DNA from: Synechococcus sp. | GTDB taxonomy: Bacteria > Cyanobacteriota > Cyanobacteriia > PCC-6307 > Cyanobiaceae | Direction of reading: 5' to 3' | Assembly (NCBI GenBank): GCA_047285805.1 | Contig: JBJBCN010000002.1 | Location: 832,001 to 896,000, forward strand | Length of the DNA: 64,000 nt | In this document: one piece after another, positions 10,770 through 20,880 of the stretch | How positions within the stretch are numbered: position 1 is the stretch's first letter | Layout: every line of letters begins with the position of its first letter | The notes under the pieces: model-generated | What the model saw: only the letters and a program-made list of their open reading frames with translations | Told to the model about the DNA's origin: nothing | Database searches by the model: none | Made by a program: the position numbers and the translations under genes

Positions 10770-12683
10770 TTGTTGGAGCAGCGTCTCCAGCAGAACTGGC
10801 AACTCCCCGCAGCGGTGGACCTGGAGGCTCTCCCCAGCGAGATGCAGCGGTTGGGGCTCTCGGAACCCGTTCTCGCCCTGCTGAACCGGCGCGGCTTCGG
10901 CAGCGCCGATGCAATCGAGGCGCTGCTCGATCCCGCTGAAGCCCCCGACCCCAAGCAGCATTTCCCCGACTTAGGCCTGGCAGTCAAGCGCCTTAAGCAG
11001 GCCTGCAAAAGCAATGAACGCCTGGCGATCTGCGGCGACTACGACGCCGATGGCATGACCAGCACGGCGCTCCTGATCGGCGTTCTGCAGCAGTTGGGGG
11101 CCCAACCCCAAGCTGCAATCCCAAGCCGCCAGACCGATGGCTATGGCCTAAACGTCTCAATGGTGGAGGAGCTCGCGGACGACGGGATACGGCTGCTGGT
11201 CACCGTCGATAACGGAGTTTCCGCCCGGGAGGCCCTCGAGCGCGCCCAGGAGCTCGGATTGGAGGTAATCGTCACCGATCACCACACCATCCCGGAGCAA
11301 CGGCCACCCCTGAGCGCCCTGCTGCACCCCCACTGCACCCCCGAGGGCTCGCCCTACCGGGGGCTGGCCGGTGTCGGCATCGCCTATGTCCTGGCCGGAG
11401 CCCTCGCCAAAGCCAATCGCTCCGCCAAGGCCCTGGCTATGGCTATGGACCTCTTCTGCATCGGCACCATCGCGGACATGGCTCCGCTTCAAGGAGTCAA
11501 CCGCCGCTGGTTGATGGACGGCTTACCGCGGCTCAAGGACAGTCCCCTCCCAGGCCTGCAAGCCCTGCAGCAGCTGGCCGGTCTGGACGACGCCCCCATC
11601 GACGCCGGGGCTGTTGGCTTCCAACTGGCACCGCGCATAAATGCAGTAGGACGGCTCGGTGATCCGCGCCTGGTGGTGGATCTTCTGACCACAGGTGACA
11701 CGGAGCAGGCCCTTGAGCTTGCACGGGAATGCGAAAGCCTGAACCGCCAGCGCCGGGAACTCTGTGATGCCATCGAGGCGGAGGCACGGGCCTTAGCCGA
11801 GGCCGATGGGGCGCAGCGCTGCCCATTCCTGCTGCTCGCCCAGAGCCACTGGCACCACGGGGTAATCGGCATCGTGGCGGCGCGGCTGATGGAGCATTTC
11901 GGCACCCCCGTCGCCCTTCTCTCCGCCGAGGGGGATGGGCGGATGCGGGCGTCTGTGCGGGCCCCCAAGGGCTTTGCTGTTGATGCAGCCCTCCACGCCT
12001 GCGGTGACCTACTTGAGCGCTTCGGCGGTCATCCGGCAGCCGGGGGATTCACAGTCAAAGCGGAGCGGGTCACAGCCCTGCACGAACGCCTGAATGGCCT
12101 GGCACAGGCCTGGCGTGAACGGGAAGGCCTGCAGCTGGTAATGCCTGAAGCCCTGCTGAAGCTCGAGGAGATCAATCGACCGCTCTGGCGTGAACTCCAG
12201 CGGCTCGAACCCTTTGGGATCGGGAACCCTGCACCACTGTTCTGGAGCTGCGGCTGCACTATCACCCGACAGCGGGAACTGCGGGGCGGGCACTTGCAGC
12301 TCAACCTACGCCAAGGGGAGTCCCGCGTCCGGGCCATGGCCTGGCGCTGGGGAGCCATTGGCCACCTGCTCCCCAGGCAGGTGGATGTGGCCTATCACCT
12401 CCGACTGAACCGCTGGAACGGCCAACAAACTCTGCAGCTCGAGCTGGTGGGCATCCGCCCCAGCAGCGGCGAGGCCCTACTACTGCAGCACCAGCAGCGC
12501 ATCTATTGGGTGCGGCGGGACGGCAACGCGGTCGTGATCCGCAATGCCGACGGTGAGGAATTGCGCGGCGAAGCCCAGCGAATCGGCCCCGACATCCTCC
12601 AGATCGATCACCCCAAGGCGGATCATCCCTACGTGAAGGCTCTCGTGCAGGACGCTGCTCGCGCGATGGGACTAGCGGCCTAG
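10770..12683 (+). CDS. recJ: ssDNA-specific exonuclease RecJ (start approximate)
   Basis: GDYDADG, TVDNG, TDHH, GTIAD, PRINAVGR, FGGHPAAGG, LEPFGIGNPAP. Confidence 0.96.
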   Translation: MLEQRLQQNWQLPAAVDLEALPSEMQRLGLSEPVLALLNRRGFGSADAIEALLDPAEAPDPKQHFPDLGLAVKRLKQACKSNERLAICGDYDADGMTSTALLIGVLQQLGAQPQAAIPSRQTDGYGLNVSMVEELADDGIRLLVTVDNGVSAREALERAQELGLEVIVTDHHTIPEQRPPLSALLHPHCTPEGSPYRGLAGVGIAYVLAGALAKANRSAKALAMAMDLFCIGTIADMAPLQGVNRRWLMDGLPRLKDSPLPGLQALQQLAGLDDAPIDAGAVGFQLAPRINAVGRLGDPRLVVDLLTTGDTEQALELARECESLNRQRRELCDAIEAEARALAEADGAQRCPFLLLAQSHWHHGVIGIVAARLMEHFGTPVALLSAEGDGRMRASVRAPKGFAVDAALHACGDLLERFGGHPAAGGFTVKAERVTALHERLNGLAQAWREREGLQLVMPEALLKLEEINRPLWRELQRLEPFGIGNPAPLFWSCGCTITRQRELRGGHLQLNLRQGESRVRAMAWRWGAIGHLLPRQVDVAYHLRLNRWNGQQTLQLELVGIRPSSGEALLLQHQQRIYWVRRDGNAVVIRNADGEELRGEAQRIGPDILQIDHPKADHPYVKALVQDAARAMGLAA

Positions 12684-12692
12684 AAACAACAA

Positions 12693-12722
12693 AGCCCCTA
12701 GGACTGGGGCAGTCCAGGGGGC
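12693..12722. terminator. Hairpin between convergent recJ and psb30, likely terminator
   Basis: CCCCT-A-GGACT...AGTCC-AGGGG inverted repeat with an A-rich flank. Confidence 0.55.
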
Positions 12723-12756
12723 GTTGAAAGCTGGAACGGACGAAGACCTCTGAGTA

Positions 12757-12864
12757 TCAGAGGGCGCTGCGGCGGTAGAAGAGGATGAAGATCACGGCTG
12801 GACCCACCAGGGTGATCAGGAACAGAGCAGCGAAGTTGGCGATCAGGTGGAAGTCGATTCCCAT
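12757..12864 (-). CDS. psb30: Photosystem II reaction centre protein Psb30/Ycf12
   Basis: Read by hand: [35 protein letters not shown]. Confidence 0.93.
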   Translation of the reverse strand: MGIDFHLIANFAALFLITLVGPAVIFILFYRRSAL

Positions 12865-12980
12865 GGGAGAACGGCTCGGGAGCTGCACGTGTTTGGTGCA
12901 CCCTAAAAGCACAGGGGCCCACCCCGATGAAGCGGAGCTCGCTCCTGTGACGGGTTGTCACAGCACTAGGAGGTTCATCA

Positions 12981-13361
12981 ATGGCTGAGACCCTGCATTG
13001 GCGCTGCATCAGCGGCTGCGGCTCCTGCTGTCGCCTGGACCCTGGGGAACGGAACGAGGCGCTGGAGGCCCTGGACGCAGAGCAACAACAGCTCTATCTG
13101 TCGATGGTGGGGCCCGATGGCTGGTGCATCCACTTCGACACAGGCTCCAGTTCCTGCCGGATCTACGAGGAGCGGCCTGTCTTCTGTCGTGTCGAAAACC
13201 TGGCCCAGTTGTTTGAGGTCCCAGCGGAGGAATCCAACGAGTTCGCGATTGCCTGTTGCCGGCAGCAGATCCGCTGCGAACACGGTGGTCGTGGCATGGT
13301 GATGAAGCGTTTCGAGCAGGCGATCCGCCAGCCCGCTGAAGACAATGATCGCCAGCCCTGA
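12981..13361 (+). CDS. YkgJ-family cysteine-cluster protein
   Basis: WRCISGCGSCC, GWCIHFD, CRIYEERPVFCR. Confidence 0.9.
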   Translation: MAETLHWRCISGCGSCCRLDPGERNEALEALDAEQQQLYLSMVGPDGWCIHFDTGSSSCRIYEERPVFCRVENLAQLFEVPAEESNEFAIACCRQQIRCEHGGRGMVMKRFEQAIRQPAEDNDRQP

Positions 13362-13714
13362 TGCCTGAGTCCGCCCCGAGCAGCGACAGTCCCAAAGCCA
13401 AGAAAGAGAACCAAGCCGCCAGCTTTGGCGCGGTCTTCCTGACGACCTTCACCACCGTCTTCCTGGCTGAACTGGGCGACAAGACACAGCTGGCCGCCCT
13501 GCTGCTCTCGGCTGAGTCCGGTCGTCCGGTACTGGTGTTTATCGGAGCGTCCCTGGCCCTAATCAGTTCGAGCCTGGTGGGTGTGGTGCTTGGCCGCTGG
13601 TTGTCTCGGGTCCTGCCCCCCGGTCAGCTTGAGCGCCTTGCCGGCATCTTGATGATCGGCCTCGGCCTATGGCTTGGCAGACAAGCCGCCGTCAGCATGT
13701 TTCCCCTTGTCTGA
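13361..13714 (+). CDS. TMEM165/GDT1 (UPF0016) half-transporter 1
   Basis: FLAELGDKTQLA motif, about 3 TM helices. Confidence 0.92.
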   Translation: MPESAPSSDSPKAKKENQAASFGAVFLTTFTTVFLAELGDKTQLAALLLSAESGRPVLVFIGASLALISSSLVGVVLGRWLSRVLPPGQLERLAGILMIGLGLWLGRQAAVSMFPLV

Positions 13715-13719
13715 TAGCC

Positions 13720-14034
13720 ATGCAGCTCCCCCTACTGGCCTCCACCTTTCTGACGGTCTTCCTCGCTGAACTCGGAGACAAAACCCAACTAGCGATCGTC
13801 TCCATCAGCGGCACCTCCAACCGGAGTGGAGCGGTCTTTGCTGGCAGTGCCTCGGCCCTCGTCCTGGCCAGCCTGCTCGGGGCGGGAGCTGGCGGGTCTC
13901 TCTCGGCCGTCATCCCCACTGACGCCCTGCAATTGGCCGCTTCGGTCGGCTTTCTAGTGATTGGAGGCCGGCTCCTGCTCAAGGCCGGTCAAGAGGACGA
14001 CGAGGCTCCCGCCGAAGCCACAGAGGACGCCTAG
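13720..14034 (+). CDS. TMEM165/GDT1 (UPF0016) half-transporter 2
   Basis: FLAELGDKTQLA motif, about 3 TM helices. Confidence 0.92.
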   Translation: MQLPLLASTFLTVFLAELGDKTQLAIVSISGTSNRSGAVFAGSASALVLASLLGAGAGGSLSAVIPTDALQLAASVGFLVIGGRLLLKAGQEDDEAPAEATEDA

Positions 14035-14168
14035 CCAAACAGCTCAGTAGGATGAATTAATTGCAGCAGTGCTTGAAGGCGTTGGCCGTCTTCAAGTAAC
14101 CGGTGCAGCACGCAGAACCTCTATCCCACTGGGGCTTGTCCGCTCCGCAGAAGCCCTCCCCAACAGCC

Positions 14169-16457
14169 ATGAAGTTCACGGTCGCGGACCTCATCGAGCA
14201 GCTCTCACAAAAAGAGCCCCTCGGCCTCACTAAGCTTGAAAAAGCTCTAGGTCTGAGCACCAAGACCGATAAAGAGCAGCTCCGCATCGCGCTCACGGCC
14301 CTCACCCGGGTCGGCTTGCTCCGAGAAGCCGATGACCGCATCAGCCTCGTCGAAGACGAAGGCCTAATCCAAGCCCGACTCCGTTGCAGCAGCAAAGGCT
14401 TCTGCTTTGCCCTTCGCGATGACGGCGGCGAGGATATCTACATCCGCGACAACCAGCTCAACCACGCCTGGAACGGTGACCGGGTGCTGGTGCGGGTCAC
14501 CCGTGAAGGGGGGCGCCGCCGCTCGCCTGAAGGAGGGGTGCAGTGCATCCTGCAGCGCAACACCACCAGCCTGCTGGCGCAGGTGGAGAAACAGAACGAC
14601 AGCCTTGTCGCGGTCCCTTTGGACGATCGCCTGCTGACCGCCATCAACTTGCCTGCTGGCGATAGCGCCCACCTCAAACCCGCCACGGAAGCCGTGGTGG
14701 AAGTCAAGTTGGACCGCTACCCCGTGGGCCAACTTCCCCCTGAGGGGCACGTGGCCCGCAGCCTGGCGGTCAACGCCGGTCCGAAGGCCGACCTTGATCT
14801 CCTTCTGACAAAACACAGCCTGCGGGAGTTGCCGGCGGCACCCAAGGGCAGCGCGAAGGCCCCCGACCTCAAAACCCGGGATGACCTAACCGAGGTCCCC
14901 ACCCTGCTGCTTCAGCTGTGGGGCAGCGCCGATGCACCGCTCCTCCCAGCTGTTTCCTTGGAGCCCATGGAGAACGGTCAGCGCCTCTGGGTGCACGCCC
15001 CCGCCATCGCCGAGCGCGTTGGCTTTGGCAGTGCTCTCGATCTGTTCCTGCGAGAACGCAGAGAAGCCCTCTGCGTGGGGGACAGCTGGCTGCCATTTCT
15101 CCCCAGCGCGACCACCAAGGCAGCGGCTTTCAAGGCCGGGACCCCGGTGGCGGCCCTCTCGGTCGCCATCGACCTGAACGCCGAGGGGCAGCTGGAGCAC
15201 TTCCGCTTCTGCCGCAGCACAATCTCTGCCGATGGACTGGTCGACACCAAGGCGCTTAAGGCCCTGGCCGATCGAAAGCCCAAGGCTCGCACCACCCCTG
15301 CAGCCCTAAAGGAACTGAAGGATCAGCTCCCCCTGCTGGAGCAGCTGATTACTCTTGCCCAGACCCTTAGGCAGAACCGCTTTGACCAGGGGTCCATCGA
15401 TCTCGATCTCGGCATCCCTGACCTGGAGGGACTGGGTGAACTCGCCATTCCCGAACCGGATGAGCGTCGGCAGGGCTGGATGTTTCAGCGCGACCCCGCC
15501 CTCTCCACAGCGGGGCTCTTGCGGGAGATGGTCCTGCAGGCCCACCGGGCCTTTGGCCGCCACATGGCCGCCTTAGAGCTGCCGGCCATATACGCGGTAA
15601 ATGCCGCCCCTGAAGCCGAGGCCCTCAACGACGTGGCCAAGGCAGCCCTCGCCCTCGAGATCCCCCTGGAACTCTCCGCCGATGGCAACGCCAGCGCCCA
15701 GGAACTGGCCGTGGCCTTTGAGGCGAGCGATCGCGCGAGGGTGCTCCTTCAGCAATTGCGGGATCCGCTCAAACCGGTAAGCCTCAGCGCCGAGGCCGGT
15801 GGCAACAACCTGGCGGGCGAAGACCAGGCCTATGCCCCCTGGTGCTGTGCGGCCCTGCACTACGCCGACCTCTGGAACCAGCACCTCCTGTTGCTGCTCC
15901 TGAGCGAAGGCAAAGATCGCCCCTCCGTACGGCATAAAACCCGGGTCGACATCGCCTCGGACGCCAGCCATGGGGTGATCGACTGGCCCTTGCTGACCGC
16001 CAGTCAGATCTCCCGCGTTGAAGAGGGGCTGAGCGGAACACTCCTCAATAGCCTGAATGAGCGCAGCCGCTTCGTCAGCGAGCTCCAGCGGGATGCCATA
16101 GCCATGGCCCAGGCGCGCCAAGCTGAACCCCTGGTTGGTCAAACCCTGAACGGGGTGATCAGCGGAGTCCAGAGCTACGGCTTCTTCGTCGAGGTGCCCC
16201 CCTCCCACGTGGAGGGGCTGGTACACGTGAGCTCTCTGAAGGACGACTGGTACGAGTACCGCTCACGTCAGAACAAGCTGGTGGGCCGAAAGAACCGCCG
16301 CGCCTACATGCTCGGCGACCAGGTCGAGGTCACCATCCAGAAGGTGGATGTGCTGCGCCATCAAATCGATCTCGCTGTGGTGCTGCCGGAGGGCTACGAA
16401 GAGTTGTCCCCCGACGTCGCCGATGCAGTCGACAGCGACGCCAGCAGCGAGGACTGA
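14169..16457 (+). CDS. RNase II/R-family (RNB + S1) protein, Zam-like, with degenerate catalytic motif
   Basis: CSD (KGFCFA...DIYI...AWNGDRV), RNB-like core, C-terminal S1 (GVISGVQSYGFFVE...EGLVHVSSL). Confidence 0.88.
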   Translation: MKFTVADLIEQLSQKEPLGLTKLEKALGLSTKTDKEQLRIALTALTRVGLLREADDRISLVEDEGLIQARLRCSSKGFCFALRDDGGEDIYIRDNQLNHAWNGDRVLVRVTREGGRRRSPEGGVQCILQRNTTSLLAQVEKQNDSLVAVPLDDRLLTAINLPAGDSAHLKPATEAVVEVKLDRYPVGQLPPEGHVARSLAVNAGPKADLDLLLTKHSLRELPAAPKGSAKAPDLKTRDDLTEVPTLLLQLWGSADAPLLPAVSLEPMENGQRLWVHAPAIAERVGFGSALDLFLRERREALCVGDSWLPFLPSATTKAAAFKAGTPVAALSVAIDLNAEGQLEHFRFCRSTISADGLVDTKALKALADRKPKARTTPAALKELKDQLPLLEQLITLAQTLRQNRFDQGSIDLDLGIPDLEGLGELAIPEPDERRQGWMFQRDPALSTAGLLREMVLQAHRAFGRHMAALELPAIYAVNAAPEAEALNDVAKAALALEIPLELSADGNASAQELAVAFEASDRARVLLQQLRDPLKPVSLSAEAGGNNLAGEDQAYAPWCCAALHYADLWNQHLLLLLLSEGKDRPSVRHKTRVDIASDASHGVIDWPLLTASQISRVEEGLSGTLLNSLNERSRFVSELQRDAIAMAQARQAEPLVGQTLNGVISGVQSYGFFVEVPPSHVEGLVHVSSLKDDWYEYRSRQNKLVGRKNRRAYMLGDQVEVTIQKVDVLRHQIDLAVVLPEGYEELSPDVADAVDSDASSED

Positions 16458-17099
16458 GTGTTGAGCGACAGCATCGACCAGGAAGAGCGGCTGCCGATCG
16501 TTCTGGCGGTGTCCGGGGCAAGCGCCCAACCCCTGGCGGAGCGGGCATTGCAACTCCTCCTTCAGGCCGGTGAGTCCGTCGATCTGATCGTCAGCCGCGG
16601 TGCCATTGGCGTCTGGCAGGCGGAATTGGGAGTGCGGGTCCCGACGGACCCCTCAGCCCAGGAGCGCTTTTGGCGGGAGCGCTGCGAGTGCTACACAGGC
16701 GAGCTGCGCTGCCACCGCTGGAACGATCAATCGGTGTCGATTGCCAGTGGCAGTCACCGCACCCGCGGCATGGTGATCCTTCCATGCTCGATGGGAACCG
16801 TCGGCCGGATCGCCTCGGGTGTAGCCACGGACCTGATGGAACGCTGCGCGGACGTCCATCTCAAGGAGGGACGTCCGCTCGTGATCTGTCCGCGGGAGAC
16901 CCCCTGGAACCTGATCCACCTGCGCAACCTGACCGCGCTTGCTGAGGCCGGCGCACGGATCGCTCCTCCGGCCCCAGCTTGGTATCACCAGCCACAGTCC
17001 CTAGAAGAGATGGTGGACTTTTTGGTAATCCGCGTCTTCGATTGCCTCGGTTATGAGCTCGGTCAGCTGCAGCGCTGGACCGGGCCGATCCAGCCCTGA
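16458..17099 (+). CDS. ubiX: Flavin prenyltransferase UbiX
   Basis: [33 protein letters not shown]. Confidence 0.95.
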   Translation: MLSDSIDQEERLPIVLAVSGASAQPLAERALQLLLQAGESVDLIVSRGAIGVWQAELGVRVPTDPSAQERFWRERCECYTGELRCHRWNDQSVSIASGSHRTRGMVILPCSMGTVGRIASGVATDLMERCADVHLKEGRPLVICPRETPWNLIHLRNLTALAEAGARIAPPAPAWYHQPQSLEEMVDFLVIRVFDCLGYELGQLQRWTGPIQP

Positions 17100-17113
17100 G
17101 GCCCGTCCGCCCT

Positions 17114-17647
17114 GTGTTGAAACGAGTCCTGCTGTTACCGCTGCTCTCGCCCATCCTGGCGACGCTTGTGGTCGGGGCCGTAAATCCCAAGCCCGCCGTC
17201 TCGGTGCGAGTGCTCACCTGGACCTCGCCAGCACTACCCCTGGGTCTCTGGCTCACTGGAGCCTCCTGCCTCGGTGCCGGCCTGAGTGCGGCCGGTGCGG
17301 CCCTAGCGCTGCAGGGGAGCGGACCCGAAATCCTGCCCCGGCGCTCTTTGCGGCGACGAGCTGAACGGAGGGTTGGGGAAGAAGAACCTGCTCCGAATGC
17401 ACCCCGCAGTAACGAACCCAGATGGGACTGGGGCTTCGAGGCGGAAGCTGAACCCGCAGCGCCCTGGGCTGGCCCCAGCCGAGGGGCGGCCGAACCGGCC
17501 CCAACCGTCTCGGTTCCCTTCCGCGTCATTCGGCGGGCCGAAGAGGCCGCCAGCGAAGAACCCGCCAGAACGACCGCCACCGCGACTACTGCTGTGAGCA
17601 CGGCTAATCCTGACGATTGGGGCAGCAGCGATGCTGAGAGTTGGTGA
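17114..17647 (+). CDS. Hypothetical membrane protein
   Basis: Two N-terminal hydrophobic segments; PTVSVPFRVI...DDW tail; operonic position. Confidence 0.7.
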   Translation: MLKRVLLLPLLSPILATLVVGAVNPKPAVSVRVLTWTSPALPLGLWLTGASCLGAGLSAAGAALALQGSGPEILPRRSLRRRAERRVGEEEPAPNAPRSNEPRWDWGFEAEAEPAAPWAGPSRGAAEPAPTVSVPFRVIRRAEEAASEEPARTTATATTAVSTANPDDWGSSDAESW

Positions 17648-17691
17648 GCACTCCCTAAAGTCAGCGAACGTCTGGATTGAGGCCTTCGCCG

Positions 17692-18147
17692 GTGACAGAT
17701 TCCGCCAAACCCGGAGCGCAGGCCGCAGACGCCAAACCCGGAGCGCAGGCCGCAGACGCCAAACCCGCGAAACCGGCGAGGCCCCCCGCCCCGGAGGACA
17801 AACCCTTCGCCGAGTTCGTCCCGAATCTGCTGATTCCGGCTCTGGCCAAAGAGATTGAGGCCTATGGCGGCCCCAACTGCGACCTCTGCTTTGACCAGGG
17901 TCCGATGCCCGTTGTTGGCAGCAGCTGCTGGCAGGTCAAGGGCATCCTTCCAAGTGGCCGTCGCTTCTGGCTGTGCTTCACCAGCGACTCGATCAGGTCG
18001 GCTAAAACCATCGCCCTCGCGGAATCCGGCAGCGAGCCCAGCCTGCTGGAGTCTTTTTTGATTGACGAGAAAAAAATCACCCAGGCACTCCTGGTCTCCC
18101 GTTTGGTGCAGCGGCTCAACGGACAGAAGTGGCTGGGGGCGAACTAA
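17692..18147 (+). CDS. ndhV: DUF2996 / NDH-1 subunit NdhV (GTG start estimated)
   Basis: EDKPFAEF, RRFWLCF, LESFLIDEKKIT, RLVQRLNGQKWLG. Confidence 0.85.
   Translation: MTDSAKPGAQAADAKPGAQAADAKPAKPARPPAPEDKPFAEFVPNLLIPALAKEIEAYGGPNCDLCFDQGPMPVVGSSCWQVKGILPSGRRFWLCFTSDSIRSAKTIALAESGSEPSLLESFLIDEKKITQALLVSRLVQRLNGQKWLGAN
17704..17766 (+). repeat. 27-bp in-frame tandem repeat (2 full copies plus 9 bp)
   Basis: GCCAAACCCGGAGCGCAGGCCGCAGAC x2 then GCCAAACCC; encodes AKPGAQAAD. Confidence 0.95.
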
Positions 18148-18225
18148 GCCTGCGAGTGATGAAGGCGGTCAACGGGCCGGCACCAAAGCCCCTTACGATG
18201 TTATTTGGTCCGCCCAAGATGCCCG

Positions 18226-19323
18226 ATGGTGCCTCCCACCGCCGTTGCCTCACCTAACGCCGCAACAGCCATCGGCACGCCCAATGCGCCGGCCACAAAG
18301 GATCCGGTTAAAGACACGATCCTGACCCCGCGGTTTTACACCACGGATTTCGAGGCCATGGCCGCCATGGACCTCAGCCCCAACGCCGATGAGCTGGAAG
18401 CCATCTGTGAGGAGTTCCGCAAGGACTACAACCGCCACCACTTCGTTCGCAACGTGGAGTTCGAGGGCGCAGCCGACAAACTCGATCCTGAGACCCGAAA
18501 GGTCTTCATCGAGTTCCTAGAGCAGAGCTGCACCTCCGAGTTTTCCGGTTTCCTCCTCTACAAGGAACTGAGCCGTCGGATCAAAGAGCGCAACCCGCTG
18601 CTGGCCGAGTGCTTTGCCCACATGGCCCGCGACGAAGCCCGCCATGCAGGCTTCCTGAACAAGTCGATGAGCGACTTCGGCCTGCAGCTCGACCTGGGCT
18701 TCTTGACCGCGAACAAGGCTTACACCCACTTCAAGCCTGAATACATCTTCTACGCCACCTATCTGAGCGAGAAGATTGGCTACTGGCGCTACATCGCGAT
18801 CTTCCGCCACCTCGAGAAGAATCCCGACAGCAAGATCTTCCCGATCTTCAACTTCTTCGAGAACTGGTGCCAAGACGAGAACCGCCACGGCGACTTCTTT
18901 GATGCCCTGATGAAGGCTCAGCCCAAGAGCGTCACCGGCCTGCGCGCCCGCCTCTGGTGCCGCTTCTTCCTGCTTGCCGTCTTCGCCACCATGTACGTAC
19001 GTGACGTGGCCCGCAAAGAGTTCTACGAAGCCCTTGGCCTTGACGCCCGCGAATACGACAAGTACGTGATCGCCAAGACCAACGAGACCTCGGCTCGAGT
19101 CTTCCCAGTGGTCCTCAACGTCGATCATCCGAAGTTCTACGCCCGTCTGGAGAGCTTGGTGCGCAACAACGACAAGCTGAGCGCGGCCGATGAAGGCAAG
19201 GCGCCAGCACCCATCAAGGCCCTGCGCAAGCTGCCCTACTGGGTCGCCAACGGTGCAGAGATGGCCAAGCTCTTCTTCACGAACCCAATCCGAAGCGAGA
19301 ACTACCAAGCCGCAGTGCGCTGA
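18226..19323 (+). CDS. acsF: Mg-protoporphyrin IX monomethyl ester oxidative cyclase
   Basis: [49 protein letters not shown] di-iron motifs. Confidence 0.98.
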   Translation: MVPPTAVASPNAATAIGTPNAPATKDPVKDTILTPRFYTTDFEAMAAMDLSPNADELEAICEEFRKDYNRHHFVRNVEFEGAADKLDPETRKVFIEFLEQSCTSEFSGFLLYKELSRRIKERNPLLAECFAHMARDEARHAGFLNKSMSDFGLQLDLGFLTANKAYTHFKPEYIFYATYLSEKIGYWRYIAIFRHLEKNPDSKIFPIFNFFENWCQDENRHGDFFDALMKAQPKSVTGLRARLWCRFFLLAVFATMYVRDVARKEFYEALGLDAREYDKYVIAKTNETSARVFPVVLNVDHPKFYARLESLVRNNDKLSAADEGKAPAPIKALRKLPYWVANGAEMAKLFFTNPIRSENYQAAVR

Positions 19324-19439
19324 AGCCTTCCTTGCTTCGGCATGCCCTTCAGGGAGAGGCCCTGGTCGCTTCAGCCGGGGCCTTCTTGCTAGGACCCTGA
19401 TGGCCTGCTGCCGTCCATGCCCATCCGTCGACAACCCGC

Positions 19440-20879
19440 GTGATTGCCTCCGTTCCCTCCCACGCAGAGCTACTGCTCGGCCCCTTTGATCAGCGTTGGA
19501 GTCCCCGCCTGGAAGCCCTCTTGGCCCTGGGTAAAGCCGCCGGCGCTGACCTGGTTGAAATCTTTCTGGAACGCACCGATCACCTCGGGGTCATCGCTGA
19601 GCAGGACACGATCACGAGCGTGACTCCCGCCTTTGGTATGGGTGCCGGCATCCGTGTTTTCCGGGACCAACGCGATGGCTTCGTCAGCACCAATGACCTG
19701 AGCGAGGCCGGGCTCACCACGGCCCTGACCCAGGCCCTTGGAATGTTGGGACTGGATGTCAACGAGGCAGGTCGCAGTGGATTTGACGGCCTGCCGGCCC
19801 TCCGGGACTTCGCGCTGGACAAGGGGCTCTGGCTGAGCAGCTGCCCTGAGCTGACCGAGACCACCCAGAAACTGCTCGACGGAACCACGCAGCTGCACCA
19901 GAAGGGCAAACATCTGCAGGCCCGCCGCGGTAGCTACGCCCGGGACTGGCAGGAGGTGATGGTGGCCGCCAGTGACGGTACCTTCGGACGGGACATCCGC
20001 TTGCACCAATCGGTCGGCCTCAATGTCCTAGCTGCCGATGGTGATCACCGCGCGGGAGTCGGCCGCCGCTACGGCACCTCGGACAGCCCGGATGATCTGC
20101 GGAAGTGGAATGTGGCCCAAGCCGCTGACGAGGTCTGCACGAGTGCGAGAAACATGCTGTACGCGGACTACGTCGAAGCTGGCCAGATGCCAGCGGTGCT
20201 CGCCAACCGCTTCGGTGGTGTGATCTTCCACGAGGCCTGCGGGCACCTGCTGGAGACGACCCAGGTGGAGCGTGGCACCACCCCCTTCGCCGAGAAGGTC
20301 GGCGAACCAATCGCCCACGAAGCCGTGACCGCGATCGATGAAGGGCTGACGGGCGGCGCCTTTGGCTCCCTGTCCATGGATGACGAAGGACTGGAGGCCC
20401 AGCGCACGGTCCTGATTGACAACGGCGTCCTTAAGCACTTCTTGAGCGACAGGGCCGGCGAGCTGCGCACGGGCCACGCGCGAACCGGTAGCGGCCGCCG
20501 CCAAAGCCACACCTTTGCGGCCGCGAGCCGCATGCGGAACACCTACATCGCCGCCGGCCCCCATAAGCCGGAGGAGCTGATCGCCTCTGTGGACCGCGGC
20601 CTCTACTGCAAATCTATGGGAGGCGGGAGCGTCGGCCCCACCGGTCAGTTCAACTTCGCCGTGGAGGAGGGTTATCTGATCGAGGACGGCAAGCTGACCA
20701 AGCCGGTGAAGGGTGCCACCTTGATCGGCGAAGCCAAAGAGGTGATGCCGCGCATCTCCATGTGTGCCAATGACCTGGAACTGGCAGCGGGCTTCTGCGG
20801 CTCAGTGAGCGGCAGCATCTTCGTGACCGTCGGACAACCCCACATCAAGGTCGACTCCATCACCGTGGGGGGCCGCTGA
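19440..20879 (+). CDS. tldD: TldD-family metalloprotease
   Basis: [29 protein letters not shown]...VTVGQPHIK. Confidence 0.93.
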   Translation: MIASVPSHAELLLGPFDQRWSPRLEALLALGKAAGADLVEIFLERTDHLGVIAEQDTITSVTPAFGMGAGIRVFRDQRDGFVSTNDLSEAGLTTALTQALGMLGLDVNEAGRSGFDGLPALRDFALDKGLWLSSCPELTETTQKLLDGTTQLHQKGKHLQARRGSYARDWQEVMVAASDGTFGRDIRLHQSVGLNVLAADGDHRAGVGRRYGTSDSPDDLRKWNVAQAADEVCTSARNMLYADYVEAGQMPAVLANRFGGVIFHEACGHLLETTQVERGTTPFAEKVGEPIAHEAVTAIDEGLTGGAFGSLSMDDEGLEAQRTVLIDNGVLKHFLSDRAGELRTGHARTGSGRRQSHTFAAASRMRNTYIAAGPHKPEELIASVDRGLYCKSMGGGSVGPTGQFNFAVEEGYLIEDGKLTKPVKGATLIGEAKEVMPRISMCANDLELAAGFCGSVSGSIFVTVGQPHIKVDSITVGGR

Positions 20880-20880
20880 C

